A stretch of DNA of 36,369 bases from Cruoricaptor ignavus (GCA_030538575.1 JAUNTR010000002.1:1-36369); one strand, 5' to 3'. Positions 21,256-30,315 are shown, counted from the stretch's first letter. Made by a program: numbers and translations. The notes: a model not told the origin generated them from the sequence alone.

Positions 21256-22043
21256 TGATTCCTAAAAAAATACACTACTGTTGGTTCGGAGGAAATCCAA
21301 AACCCGAGTCGTTCCAAATTTGCCTCGAAAGTTGGAAGAAATATCTGCCCGACTACGAAATTATAGAATGGAACGAATCCAATTTCGATATCCAATGTTG
21401 CACGTACGTGAAACTCGCTGCTGAAAATAAGAAATGGGCATTTGTTTCAGATTATGCCAGAGCCTTAGCCTTGTTCCAACATGGCGGAATTTATATGGAC
21501 ATCGATGTGGAAGTGAAACACAATTTAGACGAGTTTCTGCATCATCGTGCCTTTTCGGGCTTCGAGATTGTTGGCTCTCCTTTCACTGCACTTTGGGCAA
21601 CAGAAGCAGGACATCCTTGGCCACAGAAAGTGCTGGATTTTTACCACGAAAAAACAGATTTCGACCTTACTACCAACACCGTTTTCGTTTCCGAATTATT
21701 GAAAAACGAATACAAAGTTGATAGCCAAAAAGATGAATACCAAGAATTGGCAGATGGCATTGCGATTTATCCTTCCTCTTATTTTTGTTTGGATTTACCA
21801 AAAAATTACGCTGCCCACCATTTTGTGGGAACTTGGCACGAAAGAGATACGCCCAATCCATTCAAAGATTTTGTACACACGTATTTCTATTTGGAGCAAT
21901 TGTCGAAAAATCCAGGCGGAATGAAAGAGGTACACAACACCATTTTCAACCAAAAAATGATTTCCGCAGATGAAGTTCTTGCCCGTTTTCCACTGAGAAT
22001 GATTGTAAACCATTTGATAAAAAGACTGAAAAGTAAATTTTAA
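21255..22043 (+). CDS. Glycosyltransferase, GT32-like (Gly_transf_sug, DXD)
   Basis: ORF 21228..22043. Likely start is the ATG at 21255 in a TAATG overlap with the upstream stop. IPKKIHYCWFGG and DYARALALFQHGGIYMDIDVE motifs present. Confidence 0.8.
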   Translation: MIPKKIHYCWFGGNPKPESFQICLESWKKYLPDYEIIEWNESNFDIQCCTYVKLAAENKKWAFVSDYARALALFQHGGIYMDIDVEVKHNLDEFLHHRAFSGFEIVGSPFTALWATEAGHPWPQKVLDFYHEKTDFDLTTNTVFVSELLKNEYKVDSQKDEYQELADGIAIYPSSYFCLDLPKNYAAHHFVGTWHERDTPNPFKDFVHTYFYLEQLSKNPGGMKEVHNTIFNQKMISADEVLARFPLRMIVNHLIKRLKSKF

Positions 22044-22080
22044 TCCCTATTTTTACAAAAAAATTTCAAAAACACAACAA

Positions 22081-23154
22081 ATGTCTAAAACTGCCATTGT
22101 TTACGGAACAAGACCCGAGTTCCTAAAAGTTTTCCCACTGATTTTACAATTCAGAAAAAACGAAAAAGAAGTCTGCATTATCAACACAGGACAGCACGAC
22201 ACTATGCTTACCGAAATGGAGCATAGCTTTGGGATAAAGCCCGATTTTTCGCTTTCTGTACAGTCGAAAAACTTTACCAATTCTAATCTTATTGCAAAAT
22301 TGATTAACGAACTTTCAGCAGTGGTGCATTCGGAAAACATCGGGAAAATCGTGGCACAAGGTGATACTTTTACCGTACTTACTTCTTCCATTGTTGCTTT
22401 TATGGAACAAAGAAAATTTTTTCATATCGAAGCAGGGCTAAGAACTTCAACCATAAAATTGCCTTTCCCCGAAGAATATAACCGACGTGTGGTTTCCCTC
22501 GGAAGCGATGTGAATTTTGCCCCGACAACACTTTCTAAAAACAACCTTTTAAACGAAGGAATTTCTGAAGAAAATATATTGCTCACAGGAAATACTATTG
22601 TGGATATGATACAATATGTTTTGGAAAAAGAGCAACTGAAAATAACGTACGAAGACCAAGTATTTATTACCGCTCATCGAAGAGAAAATATCGGGCAACC
22701 TCTGAAGAATATTGCTTTAGCCATAAAAGAATTGGCGGAAGAAAATCCAACTACCCAATTTCATTGGGCATTGCACCCGAACCCGAATACAAGAAAAATC
22801 ATTTTGGATATTTTTGAAAACCAAATTCCGACCAATGTCATTTTCACAGAACCATTGGGATACGTGGAAGCCATTACTAAAATGGCAAAATCTAAACTCT
22901 TGATTTCCGATTCGGGAGGAATACAAGAAGAAGCCCCAAGTTTGAAAAAAAGAGTGCTTATTTTGAGAAATGAAACGGAAAGACCCGAAGTTTTAGAGAA
23001 TGATTTCGGAATTTTAACAGGAACAGAGAAAGAAAATATTAAAAAAGATTTCTACAATTCTCTGAAATCTAACTTGAACTTTGAAGACTTTGCCAATCCT
23101 TTTGGTGACGGAAAAGCAGCCGAACGTATTTATAACGAATTAATGAAAAATTAA
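22081..23154 (+). CDS. wecB: UDP-N-acetylglucosamine 2-epimerase (non-hydrolysing)
   Basis: 357-aa ORF with YGTRPEFLK, HIEAGLRT, PFPEEYNRR, HRRENIG and SDSGGIQEEAPSL motifs. Confidence 0.9.
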   Translation: MSKTAIVYGTRPEFLKVFPLILQFRKNEKEVCIINTGQHDTMLTEMEHSFGIKPDFSLSVQSKNFTNSNLIAKLINELSAVVHSENIGKIVAQGDTFTVLTSSIVAFMEQRKFFHIEAGLRTSTIKLPFPEEYNRRVVSLGSDVNFAPTTLSKNNLLNEGISEENILLTGNTIVDMIQYVLEKEQLKITYEDQVFITAHRRENIGQPLKNIALAIKELAEENPTTQFHWALHPNPNTRKIILDIFENQIPTNVIFTEPLGYVEAITKMAKSKLLISDSGGIQEEAPSLKKRVLILRNETERPEVLENDFGILTGTEKENIKKDFYNSLKSNLNFEDFANPFGDGKAAERIYNELMKN

Positions 23155-23177
23155 TTATTAAATTTGAGAAAAATCCT

Positions 23178-23858
23178 ATGATCATCGGCAACGGACTTAT
23201 CGCATCGCTTTTTAAAGATTCCGACAAGGAAAATATAGTTTTCTTTGCTTCGGGTGTTTCCAACTCCTTGGAAAACAGAGAATCAGAATTTTTGAGAGAA
23301 GAAAACCTCATCCGAAAAACCATTGAAGATAACCCCGATAAAATCTTCGTGTATTTCTCCACTTGCAGCATTTACGACTCCTCGAAAACGGGAAGTAACT
23401 ACGTTCTGCATAAATTGAAAATGGAGCAACTGATAAAAAACTCTGTGGAAAATCATCTTATCCTAAGGGTAAGCAATGCCGTTGGAAAAGGCGGAAATCC
23501 CAATCTTTTGATGAATTACCTCATCCGTTCCATTAATAATAATGAAACGATAAACGTACACACCAAAGCCACCAGAAACCTGATTGATGCAGAGGATATT
23601 AAAAACATTACCTTTCAACTTTTGATGGAAAACAACCTCAATAAAATTGTGAATGTTGCCTATCTTCAAAACTATTCTATCATCGAAATCTTAGAAATCA
23701 TCGAGCGATTTTATGATAAAAAATTAGACTTAAATTTAATAAAAAGTGGCTCGGGTTACGACATCGAAATTCCTGATGTGGAAGATTATTTCAAAAATAA
23801 TAAATTAAGCAACAAAGAGGAGTATCTTTGTGGAATGTTAAAAAAATACTATTCGTGA
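23178..23858 (+). CDS. Short SDR/NAD-dependent epimerase-like protein (function uncertain)
   Basis: 226-aa ORF with a degenerate N-terminal glycine motif (IIGNGLIAS) and a YxxxK element (NYVLHKLK). Confidence 0.5.
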   Translation: MIIGNGLIASLFKDSDKENIVFFASGVSNSLENRESEFLREENLIRKTIEDNPDKIFVYFSTCSIYDSSKTGSNYVLHKLKMEQLIKNSVENHLILRVSNAVGKGGNPNLLMNYLIRSINNNETINVHTKATRNLIDAEDIKNITFQLLMENNLNKIVNVAYLQNYSIIEILEIIERFYDKKLDLNLIKSGSGYDIEIPDVEDYFKNNKLSNKEEYLCGMLKKYYS

Positions 23859-23870
23859 GATTTCCTTTCA

Positions 23871-24875
23871 TTAACCTCCCCAACGCTTTTTAAAAACCTT
23901 GAAACCTAAATTTGTTGGCAGATTATCCATAAAATTTTTCTTTTTCGTTTCCTTAGAAAATCGATTTGAGAAATAATCGGAAAAAGACAAGGATGATAGT
24001 TTTTTATAATTAGCATAACTCTCTTTCCACAGTTCGGGGTTTTTCTGTGCCCGCCAATTCATTTGCAAAGTAAGGTGTTTATAATCAACAAGATATTGCA
24101 AAATCAAGTTTCTACGTTCTTTATTTTTTTCTTGTTTTAAGGCTTTATTAATGTGCTCCCCAATGGTTTGCCAATTGTCAAAATTTCTTTTATTACGATT
24201 ATGGATTACCGAATTTTTATGCAAATAATAATGAAGTGTTATTTTGTCTGATGGTACAAATCCGATTTTATTCATCACCAATGCCGTTTGGAAACTTTGC
24301 AATTCATCTTGAGCAAAAAGTCCTTTCGTGAAATAAAGTTGATGTTTTTTAATGAAATCCAAAAGTAACAATTTGTTCCAAGAAGACGACGCATACTTTC
24401 CAGAAGTATAAGCTTTCAGAACCTCATTGTTATTGTTTAGCATTTTTAAATGAGGCGGCACTCGAAAAAAATCTTTCACTTCGTCACTACTCAGATTAAT
24501 CATTTCTGTATTGCCCACCACCATTTCCAAGTCATTTTTTTCCGCAATCTTTACCAGCGTTTCTATACAATCGGGAGTTATGGTATCATCACTATCCAAA
24601 AAGAAAAGGTATTTGCCTTGTGCTGTGTCTATCCCTTTATTTCTAACAACGGAAAGTCCACCGTTTTCTTCCAAATGATAGATATTCCAATTTTGTAGTT
24701 GATGTTCTTGGATGTATTGTTCAGCAATCGCTACGGAATTATCGGGCGTTTGGTCGTTAATCAGCGTAACCTCCAAATTTTGGTAAGTTTGGTTTCTAAC
24801 CGATTCGAGACATTTCACCAAAAAATCTTCGCATTTATAAAGCGGAATAGAAATCGTAACCAAAGGACTTTCCAT
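23871..24875 (-). CDS. Glycosyltransferase family 2 (only minus-strand gene of the locus)
   Basis: ORF 23871..24890 starts at a TTG; the first ATG is at 24875 (MESPLVTISIPLYKCEDFLVKCLESVRNQTY...LINDQTPDNS). DSDD motif present. Confidence 0.85.
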   Translation of the reverse strand: MESPLVTISIPLYKCEDFLVKCLESVRNQTYQNLEVTLINDQTPDNSVAIAEQYIQEHQLQNWNIYHLEENGGLSVVRNKGIDTAQGKYLFFLDSDDTITPDCIETLVKIAEKNDLEMVVGNTEMINLSSDEVKDFFRVPPHLKMLNNNNEVLKAYTSGKYASSSWNKLLLLDFIKKHQLYFTKGLFAQDELQSFQTALVMNKIGFVPSDKITLHYYLHKNSVIHNRNKRNFDNWQTIGEHINKALKQEKNKERRNLILQYLVDYKHLTLQMNWRAQKNPELWKESYANYKKLSSLSFSDYFSNRFSKETKKKNFMDNLPTNLGFKVFKKRWGG

Positions 24876-24887
24876 AACTTTTTTTTG

Positions 24888-24895
24888 CAAAAATA
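24888..24895 (-). promoter_or_regulatory. Bacteroidota-type -7 promoter box (TATTTTTG on minus strand) for the inverted GT2
   Basis: Plus-strand caaaaata is TAnnTTTG on the minus strand, 13 nt upstream of the ATG at 24875. This supports the ATG over the TTG start. Confidence 0.45.
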
Positions 24896-24916
24896 CGGAT
24901 TTAGTTCCAAATTGGT

Positions 24917-24924
24917 TATCTTTG
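24917..24924 (+). promoter_or_regulatory. Bacteroidota-type -7 promoter box (TATCTTTG) for the acetyltransferase operon
   Basis: ggttatctttgcagg lies 30 nt upstream of the ATG at 24954. The same TATCTTTGCA core recurs at 30316 and 31504. Confidence 0.55.
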
Positions 24925-24953
24925 CAGGAAAATACAAAAACACAGATATAGAA

Positions 24954-25523
24954 ATGCTAACTTCTTTACTGGCTAAATTTTATGATATTCTGAAAAGTGC
25001 AGAAACCAAATATCATAAAGCAAAATTCAGGAATAATCCTAAAAGCAAAATTCATAAATCTTTTCGATTGGGAAAGAACAATTATTTAGATATTTCTAAA
25101 GACGCCGAATTTCAGTTCGCCGAAGGCGTTACCATCAACGAATCCAATAATATAACGGTAAAAAAAGGAGGAAGGCTTATTATTGGCAAAAACACTTATA
25201 TCACAAGAGCAACCATTGCTTGTTTGGAGAAAGTGGAGATTGGAGAAAATTGCATTCTTGGAGAAGGATTGAAAATTTTCGATCACAACCATCAGTACAC
25301 AAAAGAGCCTTTTTCAGTTTCAAAAACTGAATTTAATACTGCTCCAATAAAGCTTGGAAATAATGTTTGGACCGGTGCCAACTGCATTATCTTAAAAGGT
25401 GTTACCATTGGTGACAATGTCATCTTAGGTGCGGGATGTGTGGTTTACAAAGACGTACCGGATAATACGGTGTTGATTAATAAGCAAGAACAGATAATAA
25501 CATGTATAAATGATAACAAATAA
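24954..25523 (+). CDS. Hexapeptide-repeat (left-handed beta-helix) sugar O-acetyltransferase
   Basis: ORF 24699..25523. Its 5' part overlaps the opposite-strand GT2, so the plausible start is the ATG at 24954 (189 aa). Hexapeptide repeats present (IGENCILGEGLKIFDHNH, LGNNVWTGANCIILKGVTIGDNVILGAGCVV). Confidence 0.85.
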   Translation: MLTSLLAKFYDILKSAETKYHKAKFRNNPKSKIHKSFRLGKNNYLDISKDAEFQFAEGVTINESNNITVKKGGRLIIGKNTYITRATIACLEKVEIGENCILGEGLKIFDHNHQYTKEPFSVSKTEFNTAPIKLGNNVWTGANCIILKGVTIGDNVILGAGCVVYKDVPDNTVLINKQEQIITCINDNK

Positions 25524-26495
25524 AAATTACCATTACTTACACCGTATTTCAAAAAGAACAGTTCCGTTCCTAAAGAAAAGTAACCGTTTCACAGAAACAA
25601 TGAAACGCGAAAAGAATGATAATACCAATGACTTAATAGCAAAAAAAATCAAAGAAGGCAAGCCATTGATGGTTACGAGGTACGGAAGTACAGAATCCCG
25701 TGCCATCTTAAATCATTTATTAATGAAAGATAACACTTCTGATTTTACAGCTATTTACAAACATCTTATTGGCGAAATGAATTTGTATTGGAAACACGAC
25801 CCTAAGTTTCTGAATAACCTCTGTACACTTTCTGGTTTTTTTCCTAATGATGAACAGCTGTTAGAACAATTTGTAACCCAAATGTTGGAAGACAGTAAAA
25901 ACCTAGATGTTCTCGGTATTTGGAATGAGATGGAAGAATTCATTCCAAATATTCCCGAAAATACACACCTCTGTAAAATAAGAGAATTAGAGCCTTGGTT
26001 CTATGATTTACCTTGGAGTTATGAGTTGAAAGACAGAAAAGTGCTGGTAATCCATCCTTTTAACATAGATATTATCAATCAATATCATAAAAACGATAGG
26101 GGGGGGAGCAATTATATATCAATAATAAGGTATTGCCCTCCTTTGAACTAAAAACTATAAAAGCCGTGCAAACACTTGCAGGTGAAAAGTCTGAATTTAA
26201 CAATTGGTTTGAAGCTTTGGATTCAATGAAAGAAAAAATAAGCAAAACAGATTTTGATATTGCTATTATCGGATGCGGAGCTTATGGATTTCCTTTGGCT
26301 TCTTTTATTAAAAATCTTGGAAAACAGGCTATTCATTTGGGAGGTGTCACTCAACTTTTATTTGGAATTACAGGAAAACGATGGGAAGATTGGGAACATT
26401 ACACTTCGCTTCGAGCCGAAAATGGTAAACATTGGATAACCCCAACAGAGGCACCAAAAGGGTTTAAAAATGTAGAAAACGGTTGCTATTGGTAA
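25510..26495 (+). pseudogene. Putative glycosyltransferase (GT-D/DUF1792-like?) split by a frameshift at a G8 tract (ORFs 25510..26151 and 26133..26495)
   Basis: Frame 1 runs into the G8 at 26099-26106 and stops at 26151. Frame 3 is open from 26100. One extra G fuses them into 328 aa (..HKNDRGGEQLYINNKVLPSFELKTIK..). The family call rests only on RYGSTE and IIGCGAYGFPLA..AIHLGG motifs. Confidence 0.7.
26099..26106 (+). repeat. Homopolymeric G8 tract (frame-breaking, OFF)
   Basis: Read directly: gata gggggggg agca. Confidence 0.95.
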
Positions 26496-26500
26496 ATAAT

Positions 26501-27634
26501 ATGGAGAAAAAAATTGCATTCTTAATGGGGAATCCTTTAAGCACAGGAGGTGTTGAAGTGGTAACCAAAAATCTGATTTCAAAATTATTAAACGCAAATT
26601 TACCAATTTGGGGAATTATTGCTACAGTAAAACAAAGTCAAAAAGAAAAAGAAAAATATTTATCGGATAATAAAAATTTTAAAATAATATTCTCTCCTAT
26701 TGAGGAAATAAATGAAATCCTTAAAAAAAACAAAATTACCCATCTCATTATTCAACAGTTAAATATTAAAGAAATAAAATCTGTAATTGAAATTATCGAT
26801 AATAAAGAGATTCGCATAATTCCTTTTTTACACGGAACACCTAATATCTATCTTCAAAAATTTAGTTTTAATAATAATTGGCTTACAAAAGCAAAAAACT
26901 ACATAAAAGACTTAATCGGTTATAAATCAAAAATCGCGAAAAACAACATCTCCATTTTTAATTATATTTTAGAGAATTGCTTTCGATTTATTATTGTTTC
27001 CAATCAAAGTAAAGCAGAATTGATAAAAATTACCCAGAAAGAACATCAATATAAAATACAATCGATTTATAATATTGTGCCGATAATCGACAGCAACGCA
27101 AACAGTAAAGAAAATATTATTATTTCTGCGGGACGTTTGGTATATAATAAGGGCGTGTATCATTCATTGCCCTATATTGCGAAAGTAATGAAACAATTCC
27201 CTAGTTGGAAATATTTAATAATTGGAAACGGACCCGAATACGAAAAAATCAATTCTTATATAACGAAACATAACTGTACAAACATTTTTTTATTAGGAGA
27301 AACCTCAAACGACAGAGTTCATTATTACCTTAGAAGGTCAAAAATTTGCTTGTTATACTCCTTATATGAAGGACTTCCCACTATTTTAATAGAAGCTGGA
27401 AAATATAACAATGCCCTTATAGCATACAAATCTCCAGGGGGGGGGGGGAGAGATATAATTTCTCAAAATATAAATGGATTTATAGTAAAAAACCATAACG
27501 AAATACAAAATATACTAACAAATTTACTCTCAAATCCACATTTACTCGCCAAAATAGCAAATGGGAATGCAAAAATCATAAGTAAGTTCGATGAACAGGA
27601 AATTATAAAAAAATGGTGTAATATATTAAATTAA
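26501..27634 (+). CDS. Glycosyltransferase family 4 (GT-B, group 1); contains in-frame G12 tract
   Basis: ORF 26483..27634 starts at a TTG; the first ATG is at 26501 (MEKKIAFLMG), 377 aa. C-terminal GT4 pattern LYSLYEGLPTILIEAGKYNNALIAYKSPGGGGRDIISQNINGFIV. Confidence 0.85.
   Translation: MEKKIAFLMGNPLSTGGVEVVTKNLISKLLNANLPIWGIIATVKQSQKEKEKYLSDNKNFKIIFSPIEEINEILKKNKITHLIIQQLNIKEIKSVIEIIDNKEIRIIPFLHGTPNIYLQKFSFNNNWLTKAKNYIKDLIGYKSKIAKNNISIFNYILENCFRFIIVSNQSKAELIKITQKEHQYKIQSIYNIVPIIDSNANSKENIIISAGRLVYNKGVYHSLPYIAKVMKQFPSWKYLIIGNGPEYEKINSYITKHNCTNIFLLGETSNDRVHYYLRRSKICLLYSLYEGLPTILIEAGKYNNALIAYKSPGGGGRDIISQNINGFIVKNHNEIQNILTNLLSNPHLLAKIANGNAKIISKFDEQEIIKKWCNILN
27437..27448 (+). repeat. Homopolymeric G12 tract inside the GT4 CDS (in frame, ON)
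   Basis: Read directly: cca gggggggggggg aga encodes P-GGGG-R within the conserved C-terminal sugar-nucleotide-binding region. Confidence 0.95.
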
Positions 27635-27639
27635 AATTT

Positions 27640-28488
27640 ATGGCAGTACTTAGAAATAAAATTAGCATATTCAGCCAAACATACTTATCAAAAATATATA
27701 ATATTCTTTATAATATTAGAGAGTGGTGGCGAATAAAGAGAGGTGATGTTTTTCCTTATAAATTCAAAAAGGAAAGGTATCCCGGTCTATTTTTACAACA
27801 TGACTATTTACCTCTACCCAATATTCCATCAAAAATTGAAAGGGTAATATATTGCCATTGGACAGGGGATAACGAAATGTCAGAAAACAGAAAAAAAGGA
27901 TACCAGTCATTAGTAGAAAATTCTGGTGTCAAGGTGGTATTGATTACCCCAAAAAACCTTCACGAGTTTATACTTGATGAATATCCGCTACACCCTGCAT
28001 ATGAGCTTCTTTCACTAAATCACAAATCTGATTATTTAAGGTGTTATTTTGCACAATTTTATGGTGGTGGATATTGTGACATCAAACCTATGAAAAATTC
28101 ATGGATAGATTCTTTTAATTTGCTTGAAGAAAAAGACGGATGGTTTCTCTCCTACACACAAATTAAACAGCATAGCGTTAGCAAAGGACAAGGGATAATT
28201 GATAAAGATTTGAAATATTATTTTAAAAAATGTACAGGAACAGGTGCTTTCATCAATAAAAGCAATACTCAGTTTACGGTTGAATGGTGGATGGAACTAA
28301 ACCGAAGATTAGATGAGAATTTTGAGCTTTTAGAAGCCAATCCTGGAATAGGTCTAGGAAAAAACAAAGGGTATCCTCTTTCGTTATTATCTGTTTCTAC
28401 ACAAATCATGGTACCTTTAAATTTAAAATTTCTAAATAAAATTATACATGATAATCGGGTTCTCCCAGAACTTAAAAACTATCAATAA
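27640..28488 (+). CDS. Capsular polysaccharide synthesis protein family (Caps_synth, GT32-like) glycosyltransferase
   Basis: 282-aa ORF with IYCHWTGDNEMSENR and SDYLRCYFAQFYGGGYCDIKP motifs. Confidence 0.7.
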   Translation: MAVLRNKISIFSQTYLSKIYNILYNIREWWRIKRGDVFPYKFKKERYPGLFLQHDYLPLPNIPSKIERVIYCHWTGDNEMSENRKKGYQSLVENSGVKVVLITPKNLHEFILDEYPLHPAYELLSLNHKSDYLRCYFAQFYGGGYCDIKPMKNSWIDSFNLLEEKDGWFLSYTQIKQHSVSKGQGIIDKDLKYYFKKCTGTGAFINKSNTQFTVEWWMELNRRLDENFELLEANPGIGLGKNKGYPLSLLSVSTQIMVPLNLKFLNKIIHDNRVLPELKNYQ

Positions 28489-29291
28489 TGCTCTTCTCCA
28501 TTCTTATCGCACACTACAACAATTACGATTATTTTTTAGATTGCTACAAAAGCATTCTCGCACAAACGTACCAAAATTTTGAAGTGATTATCGTGGACGA
28601 TTGTTCCACAGATAATTCCTACGAAAAACTGCAAGAATTACTAAAGAGTGACAATCGTTTTAGATTATATAGAAATGAGGAAAATAAAGGTGTAGGATAT
28701 ACCAAAAGAAGATGTGTGGAATTAGCCAATGGCGATATTTGTGGTTTCGTAGATCCCGATGATGCTATTACAAAAAATGCGATACAAAGTGTATTATCCA
28801 ATTATGATGGACAAACTTCTGCAGTATATTCCAGACTAAAATTGTGCGATAATCAACTCCATTTCATCAAATTGTTTCCTAACCAAAAACAAGTCCCTAA
28901 CAACAACGCTAAATTCCTGAACGTATTTTTTGAAATGAATCACTTCTTCACATTCAAAAAAACGGCTTACGAAAAAACCGTTGGAATAGATGCTTCACTT
29001 ACCTCTGCCGTAGACCAAGATTTGTATCTCAAAATATACGAAACAGGAAAATGCAAGTTCATCAACGAGGCAAATTACCTGTACCGTTTGCACGATAAAG
29101 GTGTGTCGCAAGAGAAATCTAAGAAAGAAAAACTAAATAAGAATTGGCACATTGTACTGAAAAACACTTTGGAAAGAAGAGAAATTGCTAAAATATATGG
29201 CAAAAATGTTTCTGATATAGAAAACCTACCGAAACTCATCTTCGAAAAAGAAAACACTTTGCTAAAAAAAATATTAAGAAAATTTCTATGA
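28488..29291 (+). CDS. Glycosyltransferase family 2
   Basis: 267-aa ORF: MLFSILIAHYNNYDYFLDCYKSILAQTYQNFEVIIVDDCSTDNS with a VDPDD motif. TAATG overlap with the upstream gene. Confidence 0.85.
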   Translation: MLFSILIAHYNNYDYFLDCYKSILAQTYQNFEVIIVDDCSTDNSYEKLQELLKSDNRFRLYRNEENKGVGYTKRRCVELANGDICGFVDPDDAITKNAIQSVLSNYDGQTSAVYSRLKLCDNQLHFIKLFPNQKQVPNNNAKFLNVFFEMNHFFTFKKTAYEKTVGIDASLTSAVDQDLYLKIYETGKCKFINEANYLYRLHDKGVSQEKSKKEKLNKNWHIVLKNTLERREIAKIYGKNVSDIENLPKLIFEKENTLLKKILRKFL

Positions 29292-30310
29292 CCGATATTT
29301 TAATAAAATCCTTCAACCGACCTTTTTATTTGGACCGTTGCATACAAAGCATAAAAAACTTTGTACAAGGAATCGATAAAATAACTGTACTTGATGATGG
29401 AACTCCTGAAAAATATTTACTAAAAATTAAAGAAAAACATCCGGAGATTGAAATCAAAACTTCCGACAGTTATTCCAACAAAATAAAAGCGATTGAAGAA
29501 AACCTAAAATCGGGAACGGAAATCAATGGTTTTGAAATTCCTACCAAACTGTGGAAATCTGCTGCAAAAGAAGCCTCGGATTACTTCATCATGACTGAAG
29601 ATGATGTTTGGTTTACCCAAAAAATAAATCTTGATGAACTTTCGGCATCGGCAAAAAATAATAAAACCGAACTGGTAAAATTGGGTTGGCTTGGAAATTT
29701 TAATGATGATAAAGATATCAATATCCACAACATTGATGAAAACATTAGTGGTATTCCGCCCAAGAAATTATTTCTTCATCATCCTTTTATTATGGATTTG
29801 TTTTTTTATAATAAGTACAAATTCTTCACCATTATGTACAGGCTTGGTTTGGCAGACAATACTACAAAACGAAAATATTGGGCTTTAAACTCCATTCTCA
29901 TGGGATTTTGGGAGAAAAACTATTGGCTCTACATTTGGAAAGATGCCAAAGGAAAAGTAGACGAAAAACAACAACTGAAAAACGCTGCGGTTTACTATAG
30001 AAATCAGAAAGAGAACAGGAATTTCATCGCACGAACCAAAGAGGAAAAAATGAAAACCACCTTTCAAAGTTCAGCAACCAATTCCTATCACGAATATGGT
30101 TTTGATTTTGATGTGAATCTTTTCAATCACCTCATCAATGAAGCATGGTACAACGATGAGTTTGATGCGATGCAAAACTTTCCAAAAGATTTTTCTACAG
30201 ATTATTTTGAATCTTTTGTTTCCGAAAAAATCAATGTGCAGGAATTTAGAAAATGGGTAGAGCAGTTTAAAAATCAATACAGAAATTTAGGAGCCGATGT
30301 TGACTCTTGA
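29288..30310 (+). CDS. Uncharacterised protein with GT-A (GT2-like) N-terminus
   Basis: 340-aa ORF. ILIKSFNRPFYLDRCIQSIKNF...ITVLDDGTPEKY resembles a GT2 nucleotide-binding start, followed by a TEDD motif. I do not recognise the rest. ATGA overlap with the upstream gene. Confidence 0.55.
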   Translation: MTDILIKSFNRPFYLDRCIQSIKNFVQGIDKITVLDDGTPEKYLLKIKEKHPEIEIKTSDSYSNKIKAIEENLKSGTEINGFEIPTKLWKSAAKEASDYFIMTEDDVWFTQKINLDELSASAKNNKTELVKLGWLGNFNDDKDINIHNIDENISGIPPKKLFLHHPFIMDLFFYNKYKFFTIMYRLGLADNTTKRKYWALNSILMGFWEKNYWLYIWKDAKGKVDEKQQLKNAAVYYRNQKENRNFIARTKEEKMKTTFQSSATNSYHEYGFDFDVNLFNHLINEAWYNDEFDAMQNFPKDFSTDYFESFVSEKINVQEFRKWVEQFKNQYRNLGADVDS

Positions 30311-30315
30311 ATAGT

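Noticed and set aside
24699-24953. N-terminal 85-codon extension of the acetyltransferase ORF
   Set aside because: It overlaps the opposite-strand GT2 coding region and the divergent promoter gap. The hexapeptide protein is complete from the ATG at 24954, which has a TATCTTTG box 30 nt upstream.
23859-24953. Possibility that the inverted GT2 is an invertible (site-specific recombinase-driven) segment like Bacteroides capsule promoters
   Set aside because: I found no matching inverted repeats flanking the segment and no recombinase gene in the window. The palindrome ttttgcaaaa is explained by a -7 promoter box.
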